From positions 62,001-126,000 of the forward strand of contig JBLWGC010000126.1 of the NCBI GenBank assembly GCA_048772705.1: 64,000 bases of DNA, written 5' to 3'. Below the pieces are notes generated by a model. It was not told where the DNA came from and searched no databases. It saw only the letters and a list, made by a program, of their open reading frames with translations. The first letter of the stretch is position 1; the number at the start of each line of letters is the position of its first letter. The position numbers and the translations under genes are program-made. Below, piece by piece: positions 36,758-48,500 of this stretch. This DNA comes from Leidyana gryllorum EB-2025a (lineage: Eukaryota > Protista > Apicomplexa).

Positions 36758-39134
36758 ATGAGTAAGACTTGACCTTCAACCGTTAATATCATCAAATCAT
36801 AGGCTCGGACGCTGGCGATGACAGCCAGAAGGGCGCGCTCGACCTCACAGGTCTTTTGTTGGGTGAGTATTCTGAGTATAAGTCACCACATGCATCTCTT
36901 TCACAGTTACTGGACTCCCTCCAGCATCGGGAGACAAAGTTGCCCAACTGGAGAAAGTGACCAACAAGCGTCTCAAAGATGCCGCCAAGAAGAAGGGTAT
37001 GGTGATGAAGACTGACTTCAATGTGAAAATACCCACTAGCGACGAGGGCGCTGCTCAAGGGTACGTACATAGCACACACGTGTGTGCCAGGCAAAACATG
37101 ATTTCTTCGTTTCAGGGTTGCTCTTCAAAATCTGTCATCCGACAGAGAGGCCGCTGATGTCTACCAGAAGCTGCGAAGCGTTGCTCTGGACAAGAAGAAT
37201 ACTATTCGTCCAACACACTGGCCCTTGGCTCAGCAATTGATGGATTCCGAGCCCACTCCAGAAGCTCTCATGGAGATCCTCAAGAAGGAAGACCCTCGTT
37301 TGGCCAATATCGAAACTTTGAAGGGCACTGACAGAGTAGGCATCTCACTGCTTGAGCGTTTGCATTCAATATCACCCACTACAGAGTCAATCGCGAAATT
37401 GGTTGCGTGACGAGAGCCAGAGGGAGATGCTCTTAGTGCGAGCTGGTAAGGAGACGTTAGTCCTCTGGTGGGATCCTGCTACCGGCGAGCCCGTGCTCCA
37501 GTGCGATGGTGAGGAGGCAAGGAAAGAGAAGAAGAGCTCGGCACTTGGTTCGGAGCCAGTTTGGACCAACTATGAAGCCTTCTGGTCCCCTCAAGGAACG
37601 TATCTGTGCACCATCCATCCTCAAGGTGTCCGTCTGTGGACTGGGGACAACTTTGTCCCAGTGGCACGTATTCAGCACAGAAACGTGAAGGAGGTGTTGT
37701 TTTCGCCTGACGAAAAGTACGTGGTGACGTCGAACGGACAAGCCGGTTCGACGATCAATGTGCGGTCCGTCAACACTTGCGAGCCCTTACTGAGCATCCC
37801 GCAACCGGCTCAGGGTCCGACTGGGGATTCGAATTGGCCTTTGGTGTTGTGGAGTCACGACAGTAAGTACCTGGCGTGCTCTTCGGAGCATGGAGTGACT
37901 CTCTGGTCTGTGCCCTCTATGGAGGAAGTCAAGATTCCCGAGTCCATTACCGGAGGTCGTCCGTATTTGCAATTCGGCTGGCAGCCTAACAGTCGTTTGG
38001 AGGACGCTCCCGTCTTGTCACTGTGGATCGCGGCTCAGAATCCCGATTCGCCCTGCAGACTCACATTAGTGAGCGTGCCCAATATGCAGATCCTGACTTC
38101 CAAGAACTTGTTCGCCGTGGACAACGCGGGACGCATTATGTGGCAAAAGAAAGGAGACCATTGCGGGTTGCTGACTCGCATCAGCCGGAGACTGCTGGGT
38201 AAACCCAAAATTGTGAAGACGCAAATGGAAATCTTCCGGATGAGGGAGAAGAATCTTCCCGTTGACTCTGTGGAGTTCAATGACGATGTCCTCAATGTCT
38301 TCTGGTCGGATGCTGGTAACAGATTTGCCGTTCTGACATCCAATGTCAACAAAGTTCGCAAAATGGTGTTCTACACCATCAATCACCGAGGAATTGAGGT
38401 GGCGTCTGAGCTCGATGTTCCCAGAGAAATGAACGCCGTGGTGTGGTCACCACTTGGCACCCATTTTGTTGTCGCCTCCGTTGGAAGCACTGACGCCTCC
38501 GGTTTGCTGTGGTTCTGCCAATGCAACGAGAATGACGAAGGCCGAACCTATACCATTGAAATATCATATAAGGACGAAATGAGCAAATTACAAGCAGTAC
38601 AATGGGATCCCTCCGGACGATTCGTTCTTACCAGTAAGTCGCTCTGAGGCCAGCCTTATTCAGAATAACACTTTGCGTTCAGGTGTTTCTACTCCCATCG
38701 GGTTGGAGACTGCTTATCGTTACGCCAGTTCTGCTGGTTACGCTATCTGGTCTTTCCAGGGCAGACCCATGCACCATAAGGGGTCAGAACTGCTGCACAG
38801 TGTCACATGGCGCCCTCATCCTCCCTCCTTGTTGAACAAGCAACAGCTGGCTGACGTGAAGATCAAGATGAAAGATTACTCCAAACGTCTGGAAGCCTCT
38901 GATCAGGCCAAGCGGGGTGCGAGAAAGGCAGAATTGCAGGCCAAAAAGGCCCAGATCTACAAAGAATTCATGGACTGGGCTCATGAAAGGGAAGAGTGGA
39001 TCACCAGTCAAGCAGGGTACAGTGAGTGGGAGGAGGATAGGCAAAAGTGGGCGGAAGAACACCCAACAGAGGAAATAGAACTAGAAACCAGTGAGGAAAT
39101 ATCGGTCAGTACCCGACCCACTATGGGTGGATGA
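36758..39134 (+). CDS. EIF3B: Translation initiation factor 3 subunit B (RRM + WD40/eIF2A-type propeller); multi-exon
   Basis: VTGLP..LEKV, WSPQGTYL, FSPDEKY, WSHDSKY, MEIFRMREKNLPV, WDPSGRF, GYAIWSFQG and WRPHPPSLL. Confidence 0.93.
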
Positions 39135-39293
39135 GGTCGTGAGATTTCATACTATCGAAAAGAACTATTGACAAAATATCTTACTTCCCATTTGTTGATC
39201 TATCACAACAGCATCGAAAATGTGCCCTGCACGACATTCACCTTCAAATTCAGGTCTGTGATAGACACACGCCCATCACACCTTTTCGTCACC

Positions 39294-40124
39294 ATGTTTG
39301 GAATGGAGTTACTATTTGGTGAAATCCCACACGATGAGCTGCTCACTTCAGCATTAGTGGCGGGCAGAAGACTCTATCCTCTGTTGGACAGATTCGATTA
39401 TTTTCGATTTCAGATGGATAGTGGCTACTATCTTCCGTGTCACATTTCTTCAGGGGTACCCGTTTTGGAAGCCTTGTTGACTGGACAGTATATGGCCTAT
39501 CCGAAAGCTTCGTATGCCTGGGGCAACGCTTTAGCATTCGCAGCTCTGCAGCAGGAACGATATGACATTGTTTACTATATCAGAAGGCTGCTCAAAGGCA
39601 CTTTCCTGCCGGAGGAACGATGCGCATTTGTTATGTACTCGGCCCCCAGACTGGCAGCCGACAGATTCGATTTACACAGCTGGGATCTCCTCGTGCATTT
39701 GGGATGGGATTTGAACGCCTCACGACCCGAATGGATCAGTTTAGTTCACGCTTCCAGACAACACAGACACATCAATGCCCTTCGTCTGTTAGCAATGAGC
39801 GAGTTGACGGGCTTTCTTGTGCGACCAATGCCGGAGCCTCTACCCTCGATGATAGGCGGCGGGGAGAACATTAGGAATTTCATCGCTCAAGGCGGACACC
39901 CCCAGTTACATCACCATCACGAGTCTCCGATGCCAGCACAACTCTTCCCCAACGATCAGGTGCCCGGAGCGGACCACTCGTATCCGTACGAAGACCAGTA
40001 TCATCACCCCCCCCACCCTCACCAGCACTTAGGACCAGATGGGTACCACGAGATGCCTCCGCCTTACCCCCATCAAGGCATGTACCATCCTCCTCCTCCT
40101 CATCGTGATGGATATCACCATTAA
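39294..40124 (+). CDS. Hypothetical protein with ankyrin-like segments and a His/Pro/Tyr-rich C-terminal tail
   Basis: LLVHLGWDLNA...LVHASRQHRHINALRLL, followed by HHPPHPH-type low-complexity sequence. Confidence 0.6.
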   Translation: MFGMELLFGEIPHDELLTSALVAGRRLYPLLDRFDYFRFQMDSGYYLPCHISSGVPVLEALLTGQYMAYPKASYAWGNALAFAALQQERYDIVYYIRRLLKGTFLPEERCAFVMYSAPRLAADRFDLHSWDLLVHLGWDLNASRPEWISLVHASRQHRHINALRLLAMSELTGFLVRPMPEPLPSMIGGGENIRNFIAQGGHPQLHHHHESPMPAQLFPNDQVPGADHSYPYEDQYHHPPHPHQHLGPDGYHEMPPPYPHQGMYHPPPPHRDGYHH

Positions 40125-40293
40125 TGAATCAACACAATGCAGCATTAGTCAGAAAGAAGTAGAGTCAATTGAGTTGTAAAGCCATTCGGAGGCGAGTATG
40201 TAAGGGAGACGTCTTGAATTAGTACCCGGGAGGTGTCGAGTACGACACAATGCCCAGTGACGCACACATGTGTGTGGGTGCATCTGGAACTCG

Positions 40294-40908
40294 ATGCCCA
40301 GTGGAGTAGGGGTTGTGACAACAAACAGACATGTCGAAGGGAGACGCACGGGAATTGAGAAAGAAACGCGAGACTCGGGTGCGGTCGACAGGGCGCGAGG
40401 GAGACGTGCAGCTAAACCGTCAGCTGCCGAGCAATTTACCGATAGTGGTGTACCGCAGTCGAGCGGTGTGTGCAGACCCGATGAGCGTGTGATCTTACCT
40501 CCGTGCCACCAACGGTCACATGACAGGTTTCTGGAGCTGTTGAAGGAGCAGGAGGCTGGTGGTTTAGCAGCGGTGGCAGCAGCACCACAACCCAGTTGGC
40601 AATGTGAGAGTTGCTCAAGATCATTTAGTGAGCGGAGTGCTCTAACTAAGCATCTCAAGGGGTGCAGTGGACCTCGGCGGCGAGGCGGGCCCGTCCAGTT
40701 GAAACGAGCATACGCTCCGGTACCTCCTGGAGGAGGACGAGGGTCTGAGCAGCAGCATTGGAACACGGAAACACATCTACCACCAAAAGCCACTACTATG
40801 GAGACGACGCTGATCCAGTGTGTTCACTGTGGGAGGTCCTTCAACTCAAAGGCTCACGCCATTCACGAGAGAATTTGCCTTAATGTTTTCCAAGTGCGTA
40901 GACACTGA
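40294..40908 (+). CDS. C2HC zinc-finger protein (ZC2HC1-like)
   Basis: CESCSRSF...KHLKGC and CVHCGRSFNSKAHAIHERICLNVF. Confidence 0.7.
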   Translation: MPSGVGVVTTNRHVEGRRTGIEKETRDSGAVDRARGRRAAKPSAAEQFTDSGVPQSSGVCRPDERVILPPCHQRSHDRFLELLKEQEAGGLAAVAAAPQPSWQCESCSRSFSERSALTKHLKGCSGPRRRGGPVQLKRAYAPVPPGGGRGSEQQHWNTETHLPPKATTMETTLIQCVHCGRSFNSKAHAIHERICLNVFQVRRH

Positions 40909-41015
40909 GTTTGCTCGATCGAACCTTCGTTCTCGTTGTCTCTCCTCCTTGTTTGGCAATATTGTATGACAGGCGCGTATGCTATATTATCAGGGCGGCA
41001 GAGTCGTTGTGGTTT

Positions 41016-41570
41016 TCAGCGGCGGCGCTCGAGTTCTGAGCACAACCAGTCCAGTCCTTCGGTTATTCCGGTGCCTTTCAGGGCGGACGTAGCGAATATG
41101 GTCCACGGTCGGTCCCGAATGGCAGTCAAATTGAGGGCTTCAGACAGCTGTGTGGTTGTGAGGGCTGAGGGGAGATCTTGTTTATTGGCAAAGACCACGA
41201 GTACAACGTTCTTGAGTTCCTCTTCTTCCAGTAGCATGTGGAGTTCTTGTTTGGCGAGGTCGAGTCTGGCGGTATCGGTTGCGTCGACTACAAAGACCAG
41301 AGCGGCGGTAGCGAGGAAGTAGCATCGCCAGAAAGGTCGTATAGAGGTTTGGCCTCCGAGGTCCCAGACTTGGAACTTGATATTCTTGGCTTCGACGGTT
41401 TCTACATTGAAGCCAAGCGTGGGGACAGTTTCCACAACTTCATCAAGCTGCATTCGGTAGAGAATGGTCGTTTTGCCCGCATTGTCGAGGCCTAGAATGA
41501 GGATCTTAGCCTCTTGAGCCTTGAAAAGCGCCTGCAGCGACGATAGGACCCTGGACAGAAGCCCCCCCAT
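41016..41570 (-). CDS. ARL1: ADP-ribosylation factor-like GTPase 1, intronless
   Basis: Myristoylatable MG start, [25 protein letters not shown] and NKQD. Confidence 0.93.
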   Translation of the reverse strand: MGGLLSRVLSSLQALFKAQEAKILILGLDNAGKTTILYRMQLDEVVETVPTLGFNVETVEAKNIKFQVWDLGGQTSIRPFWRCYFLATAALVFVVDATDTARLDLAKQELHMLLEEEELKNVVLVVFANKQDLPSALTTTQLSEALNLTAIRDRPWTIFATSALKGTGITEGLDWLCSELERRR

Positions 41571-41622
41571 TACGAAAAGACTCTTTTATTGGTGCCCATT
41601 GTATGTAGAGAACGGATGAATT

Positions 41623-44468
41623 ATGGGCTCCATTGGACGCCAAGTGGATTGGCGAGCGCTTTCGAGCTTCGCCGCTGAGGAAGACAAAGCGACGCTCGCT
41701 GCTTTGGCGGAATGTAGCGTGATAGATAATCACCGACCCCTGACTGCAGTGCCTGCCTGTGGGCTCAGCGGGCCGCTCATGTACCAGCGGCTGACGCTCA
41801 CCTCGCACGACCCGACACCAGGTACGGCACAGGTAACCCAGACAGTTCTACGAAGGTTCTCAAGACGCAAAAATGAAGCTGCTTCGGCCTCCACTCGTGC
41901 ACTCGATGGCGTGATCTGTGTGATGGCCTTGGCCGTGTCGGATGAATTGGCTGCTGTGGCATTGTTGGTACTATCTTCACTGAATGCCAAGTATGAAACT
42001 CCCAAGTTTCCTTTGTTTGTGGACCCTCAAGCGCCGATGCCACCTTTCATGACAATCTCGGCTCTCTCTTACGCTATCGCGGCGCACGCCGAGACGCTTT
42101 CACGCGAAATTATGTCTCTCATATACGCCTCCGGGCCCTTTGTCTCCCGGAGGAACTCGCTCACTCGACGCGCATCCCGAATGACCTCCGCCATGGATGT
42201 TCCCCCAACCCTTCTGACGGGCCCTTCTCGACGCTCTGCCCGCCCCTGTCCCTCTCCCACCCACTCGCCTCGGGGAGGCGGCGGCCCTCCACCGACGTCT
42301 TCACCATCACCCCAGCATCTGTCTTCCCCTGTCGCCGGTTCCGCTGCCGGTTCTTCTTCTTCCTCGTGTGGCCTGTTCGCGGGACTCAAGAGGCGATTCG
42401 TTCGCAACAAGAGTTCGAGCGCGACCCCAGCATTGAAAGGTCAAAGTGGTCAAACAACAACGTCACCCCCCCTCATCCCTCCCCCCGCCGAGCAGCCTGC
42501 GGTGGTTCCTCCTCTCCGCGGCCGTATGGAGAGTGTCTGTCTCTCGCAGTGCGACTCGGCTGACAGCCTGGGAGAGTTAGCTGACTTTAGCCCGCGAATG
42601 CGCCGTACACGTGCCTTCACTGAGGATTCGATTGCTGTATCTGTGGCACCCAGTAGTCGGCAGTACAAGCCGCGTGAACGCCGCCGCATGAGTGGGATAG
42701 AAGAGACCGACATGGAGCGAGAAGATCGGTACTATTCTTTGTGTGTGGAGACCATCATCTCCATTGCCTCCGGGATAGCTTTCGCTCGACAGTGCGGTGC
42801 TTTAGCTGTTGTCCTCAGACTGGACCCCTCATCTGGACTCTACAAAACCTCCCGACTCGATGCGCTCGAACGCGCACTATCGCTTTGGCTTCTGAACGCC
42901 CAAGGTCCTGAACTGGGGATCCCCTGCCTTTTTGCAGGCAGGCCCGCGAATGAACCGGGAATCACTAAAGTGCTCATAACTCCGACAAAACTCCGTCGGG
43001 GCGATCATATCTACCGTCAAATCCGTCTGAAGGGAGGCCTAAGTTACCTTACTCATCACGGAATATACCTCGGAAGAGGCGAAGTCATTCACTTCTCGGT
43101 TGGGAATGAAGAGTCGGTAACATCGCTACTCATTCCTTCTCAAGAAAACTCTGCATTACGCAAGACCACCATTCTGGACTTCATGAAGTATGGAGGAACC
43201 CTCTTTGTGGAAAGGTAAGTGCCATCTACGGCCATTGCTATCGCTGCCATTCCATTCCTATTGATATTGACTCACTCACTGACTCACTGCTTGGGAGCAA
43301 CTTGAATGATCCGCGAGATAGAGATCGATTGCTTACTCGCTCGCTCACTCATTCATTCATCCATCCATCCAAATCCAAATCCACCCCCCTTCTCTCAATG
43401 GGGGGTTAGGGCTTTTCATTGATATGGAGGGAGAGAGTGTTTTTGACACCACCTCAATTCTATAGGGAGCAGAGCTTTTGTTTCAACTCGTGTGTGTGCG
43501 TGCCTTTACTCGCTCAACCGTCAATGTCTCGTGCCCTCACGTGTGTGTGCGTGTGAGAGTGGCGTCCTCCCCCACTCTCAATCTGACTGCCGGTTCGAAC
43601 TGAAATTCACATCTCTATCTGTATGTGGAGGCTAATTAGCATCCGTCACCTCGTCCGCGGCGCGGCGGTGCGACTGCCTCCCTCTCTCTCCATCCACCGC
43701 ATGAGTTTTGTTTTCGGGCGCCCAGCTGGAGATCGACGGGCGTCTCTTTATCCAGGAGTGCCGTCTCTCCACTGATATCGGTGTCGACATGTCCAGTGAC
43801 CGATGTTATATATTCGACAATGGCTCGGCTCCTTCATATGTCCCTCTCAAGTTTTTGTCTCCTGATCGATAAGCGTTTTTGGTATACATCGTAATGTGCA
43901 ATGCTGGGCTGAGGACTGATGGATTGCTTTCCTATGGCAGATATGAACGGACAGATCAAATAAGTCCGGCAAATGATTCCATGCGATATGAAAGGGGTTG
44001 GCCGGGACGAAGTGGAATTGTTCAAATGTTCGCCAAGGTGAGTGTGTGTGTGTGTGGGTAGTCAGTAGTCAGGTAGACGCGAATGAGTTGATCTCCAAAA
44101 CCGTCTCGTTTCCTGTATTCCCCTCCCTTTGCGCACCAGATGCTCAATGAAAAGTGTTGTTGTGCCCGCAGAGCGATCATGACGAGGATGCAGCGCGAAG
44201 AGCCGAATTCGCATACGTGTATTTCCACACGAAGCGTATCGAAGAAGAGGGGGGATCGATCGATACTCGACTTCGAGAGGTGTTATCAACGTTGGCACGA
44301 GACTTTGATTTCCCGTCTTATAACCTGTTCAACAACAATTGCGAGCATTTCTGTCGCTGGTGTAAGACTGGGACAGCGGGTTCCATGCAGGCGGACGTAT
44401 TCGGCGCCGCAGTGGACGCCTTTGTTCGCGGGTTCGCCCGGCAGAAATCCTCCCAGTTTCTGGCCTGA
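41623..44468 (+). CDS. LRAT-like (permuted NlpC/P60) acyltransferase/phospholipase domain protein with long N-terminal region; 3 exons
   Basis: GDHI, THHGIYLG and VIHFS in exon 1; YNLFNNNCEHFCRWCKTG in the last exon; introns 43215-43940 and 44038-44171 preserve the frame. Confidence 0.85.
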
Positions 44469-44505
44469 CCATGACTTACTGTCCCAGTCACCAAAGAAAA
44501 GCGAA

Positions 44506-44832
44506 ATGCGAGGCGTCGCGTGGCTGGTATTGAGCGTTTCGTTGGTGTACAGCACCACTGTTGCACCAGCATTGGTGGAGGAAGATGGAGAGACAACACG
44601 GGCAAAACATCGACCTTGGAACGAGGAGGGCGATCAGCATCTGCGCCGGGCAACATCCGAGGTTGCCCATGACTGTGCAGCTAAAATCAAAGGAACTAAA
44701 TCTGAGCTAGCGAAGTGTCAAGAGCTGTGTTACACTGCGCGTGTTGACGCCCGCTTTTGCCCGTTTGATCCGACCTCAGCAGAGTTGCTTATTGAATGCA
44801 TTCGTATGATTGCCTACGATTGTTGGATATAG
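44506..44832 (+). CDS. Small secreted protein (108 aa) with six cysteines
   Basis: Signal peptide MRGVAWLVLSVSLVYS, a charged pro-like segment, then six Cys in the last ~52 aa. Confidence 0.65.
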   Translation: MRGVAWLVLSVSLVYSTTVAPALVEEDGETTRAKHRPWNEEGDQHLRRATSEVAHDCAAKIKGTKSELAKCQELCYTARVDARFCPFDPTSAELLIECIRMIAYDCWI

Positions 44833-44905
44833 CCGTCTCATCAAAATGTCTCTCCCCTCTAACATTTCTTGTTGTGTATAATCAATCTTAGTTAATACAT
44901 CCCAA

Positions 44906-45439
44906 ATGCAGGAGATCGCCCGTCACATTTCCACCTCTGTTCGATCAGAGAACTTGCCAATAACAGCATCTTCTCGGGTTGTACACCACTCAATCTCCAC
45001 TACAGCTATCCCGCGCTCTGCTCCCACATATTTCACTTCTTCTCCTCCAACACGGTCTATTTCCGTCTCTCCCACCATCTTACCCGCCACCTCTATGCCG
45101 TACAGACAATCTCCTCTGGCAAATCTCCCCTCGACGACTACCACAACCAGATATCAAGTCCGTTCACGTGGCATAGCTGGCCCTGCCGGGCGCAGCGTCT
45201 ATACCTCAGACTACCACCAACTCCGGTCAACGCAGTTCCCGACCATCGGAAGCTATCCAGCGGACTTTCCCGAGAGCCCGAGACGATATCGAGTTGCCAA
45301 ACGCCGCCAGGGAACCTGCGCTGCCCTCAATTCCGCCTTTTGTGGCGCCTGCGATCGACCCAACGGCTGGTGCGCCCAGCTCAATGAAGACGGTCGCTGC
45401 GACCGAGGCGGCCGCTACCTGGTACCTGCTTCTCACTGA
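44906..45439 (+). CDS. Hypothetical S/T/P-rich protein with C-terminal Cys cluster
   Basis: 177-aa ATG-initiated ORF filling the space between neighbouring genes. Confidence 0.55.
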   Translation: MQEIARHISTSVRSENLPITASSRVVHHSISTTAIPRSAPTYFTSSPPTRSISVSPTILPATSMPYRQSPLANLPSTTTTTRYQVRSRGIAGPAGRSVYTSDYHQLRSTQFPTIGSYPADFPESPRRYRVAKRRQGTCAALNSAFCGACDRPNGWCAQLNEDGRCDRGGRYLVPASH

Positions 45440-45539
45440 AGGCCATTTTAGAGTAGAATAATCTCATCCCACCAGACATGCAACCCTACTTTATGTATAT
45501 TAAGAGATTCAAAGTTCTTGCATTTGAAGTACTAAAACC

Positions 45540-48500
45540 ATGAGCGTCGTTGATGAAGAACACATGCCGGCTGACGAGACTCACACAACTTACGACCTCG
45601 AGAATGTACACTGTGAGCCTCACTACTCAATACCCATAATCGCCAATAACGCCCCTTTACAGCAAACTTAAATCGTATTCGCGAATCGGGTCGAAGTAAT
45701 CGCCACGCCCCTCTGCCTCCAGCATTTGGTAAGACCGATTTTTGTTCGTTTACCCCCCAAGCTATCTCAGATGCACTTTTGTCGAGTACTGACAAACCTA
45801 CTGCTGCTTCAAGCCTACCGCGGCTAAATGTCGCCACATTCATTGAGATTGTTTTCGGATGTATGGGAGTCCCCACATCCTTATTCGCTCCTGAAGAAAT
45901 TGAGCGCGAAGATCCTAGCACCATAATGGAGAATATAAGTGCCCGGGCAGACGATCAGGACTTAATTCTGTCGCCTCTCACACCCGTTCTTGCCACCCTA
46001 TTGCGATCACTTCACCGCCGAAGAGCTAACAATCTTGCTACACTCAAACAACGAGAGGCTGACACCGCTGCCATCGGCCTAAGTCGCCTCACACAAGACC
46101 CCGGGACCTTTGGGAACTTTGGCGAATTCCTTAGACTACGAGATAAAACTCGAAAGGACGACTTAGATACTATGAAAGTCGCCTCAGGAAATAAGTTCAA
46201 GCGATTTGATGGTCTCCAAGAGAGATGTCTCACGTATTTCGTAGAGGCCGTTACTCCGTAAGTGCCATTTCCTCGCAATATGACCAACTCGTCTTCCCAC
46301 TCAGCCTAGATCCCAGCGTCATACTCGACGAAATCGGCCCTGTTATGTTCCAGTGGCTTGGAGCTATGGTTCAAAGTACATTCCGACCAGCCCGCTTGGC
46401 TGGAACATATATACTGGGCTGTCTGGGCGTGGCTCTGGCGTCTAGAGTGACCACGCTGCAACAGGATTTCCACGTTAACTGCGAGCAATTGGATGCCGAA
46501 AAACGCAACGCCGGCTCCGCTGGCGTTGTCAATAAGAGAACTCGAATGATCAAAGAACAACTCAAGGCTGCCCATCGCTTCTTATCCCTGATTACTGATG
46601 TCATCGCTGCACTCAAAAGCAGAGTCGATGACGTGTCGTGGCACATTCAGTACGAAGCAGCCTACTTCTTGGGACTCATGGCTCAACAAACTCCGATTTG
46701 GGCCTTACTGGGAAACGCTAGGTGGTATGTCGAAGTCCTCGACCTCATCTACAGCCACGAGGTAAGCAAAGGAATGCCGTCTCCTGTCGAGCGTGTGCCG
46801 TCTCCTCTCGCGCGTGTGCCGTCTCCTGTCGACCGAGTGCCGTCTCCTGTCGACTGAGTGCAACTTTGGCGTCTCGCCGCTCCGCCCCTCGATCTCGTTC
46901 GTTTTCATCGCGTCCGCCCGTCTCACTGTCATGTGACCACAATGTCTTTCAGGTAGTTGACATGCGATTGCTGGCTGTGGAGCAAGTCGAGCCTCTGTTG
47001 AGTGCACTTCGTCAAGCATTGATACTGCACTGGCCCAAGGATCGGGCAACAGACTTTGATGTTGATGACTCACTGATTCCTGAGCAATCAGTGTTCAGGC
47101 TGTTAGAGAAGATCGAAAAGCAGTGTCCAAAGCTGCCTGAAGTGGATTTACGACTGACGAGTTTGTTCGATACCTTGCTACAGCTGACGGTTAAACATGT
47201 TCAAGACCCCGATATCCGGATGGCGACATTGTCGGCCGAACAATTGTTGCGTATATCGATAGCTGAAGGACAATGCAAAGAGCATTGGGATGTTGGGTTG
47301 TCGGATAGTTCGATCACTGCAGCTGTTAGTTTGCTGTTTTACACTGATTGTCCAATAGTGAGGATCGAGGTTGCGAGGTTCGTTGACAACGCACTGTTCA
47401 CACATTCTGTCATCAATGAGGCGGAAGTGAAACAGCTTCTGGTTGGAGAAGATCCACCCATCACTCCGGAACGGATTCAGGCCTTTTCGTTGCAGTTATG
47501 CACATTAGTAGAGTTCTTCCGAGACTATGCGACAGGAGCAACGTGGGTGACTCGACACACGCAGGCTGTGAAAGCCTTATGGTCTTTGGCGCCCGTACTC
47601 CATCATTTTGACGTTCTGCTCGCCCATTTGGGATTGGCTTTCAAGTCAGCCCCAATTGGGCAGAGTGCTGAATTGGCCCAAATGTTAGGAGGGAGTGCTC
47701 TGTGGTGTGACGAAGGCAGCGCTGGGGTGATGCTGTCCTTGGTGCTGGCAGTGTTGGAATGTCAACGAACGTGTCTGGGAGGTCGGAGCCGATATTGTTA
47801 TTTCCCATCATTATTTCCGGACGTCGGCTATTCGGCTATGGATGCGGAGCGAGCGCTAAGTGAAGTCTCTTCTGGAGGTTTCCGACTGGTCCCGGACGAT
47901 GCGTTATGGTCCTTTGAGAATCTGGAGGTTGAACAGAGACCAATGGCCAAACGCACAGTCCACAATTTGTTGAGTCTGTGGCGGACAATTGTTGGAATTC
48001 TCCATGGAGCCCGGGTAAGTGTGCGTGCCGATGATTGGGTGTGTGCGAAATTCCGGTCTTCGCAGTCCGAGAGCGGCCAGATACTGGTGGCTGCATCCTT
48101 GGCATTCGAACTGGTTGATGCCACAGACGCCTTGTTGGCAGCGCTTCGGCACTTCCGAGGAGAGGTGGATCTGGCGGACTTGGCTACACAACAGGGACGG
48201 TTCTCTTCCACAATTATCGGATTGATTCGGAGTCAACGAAGTCGAGAGACCTTGAAGGCTCTTTTCGCTGTGTTGATGCGCCTTCGAGATCAGCGTCGAC
48301 GGTTGAGTGTGGCCATGGCAGGTCATGAGACCCCTCAGAACGATGCAGCGGTGACCGCATACGAACAGTATCTGGATGAACAGGAGAGATCGATCGATGC
48401 TCTATTGGAGGAACAGCGCAAGAGTCTTTTAGAGGACATTAGCGCTCATGCGCGATTGGTCAATGATCGCTCGGAGACCGTCAACGAAGAGAACGCCGAT

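Noticed and set aside
43403-43411. GGGTTAGGG (minus strand CCCUAACCC) as a telomerase RNA template or telomeric repeat
   Set aside because: A single 9-mer; no template-adjacent pseudoknot was recognisable and the organism's telomere repeat is unknown.
43497-43515. U5 snRNA loop-like GCCTTTACT
   Set aside because: One U short of the invariant loop, with a weak closing stem and no clear Sm site.
43545-43605. tRNA or tRNA-derived SINE around GGTTCGAAC
   Set aside because: No cloverleaf, A-box or acceptor stem could be built.
46775-46858. CRISPR-like array
   Set aside because: Head-to-tail repeats with no spacers, in a eukaryotic intron, with no cas genes.
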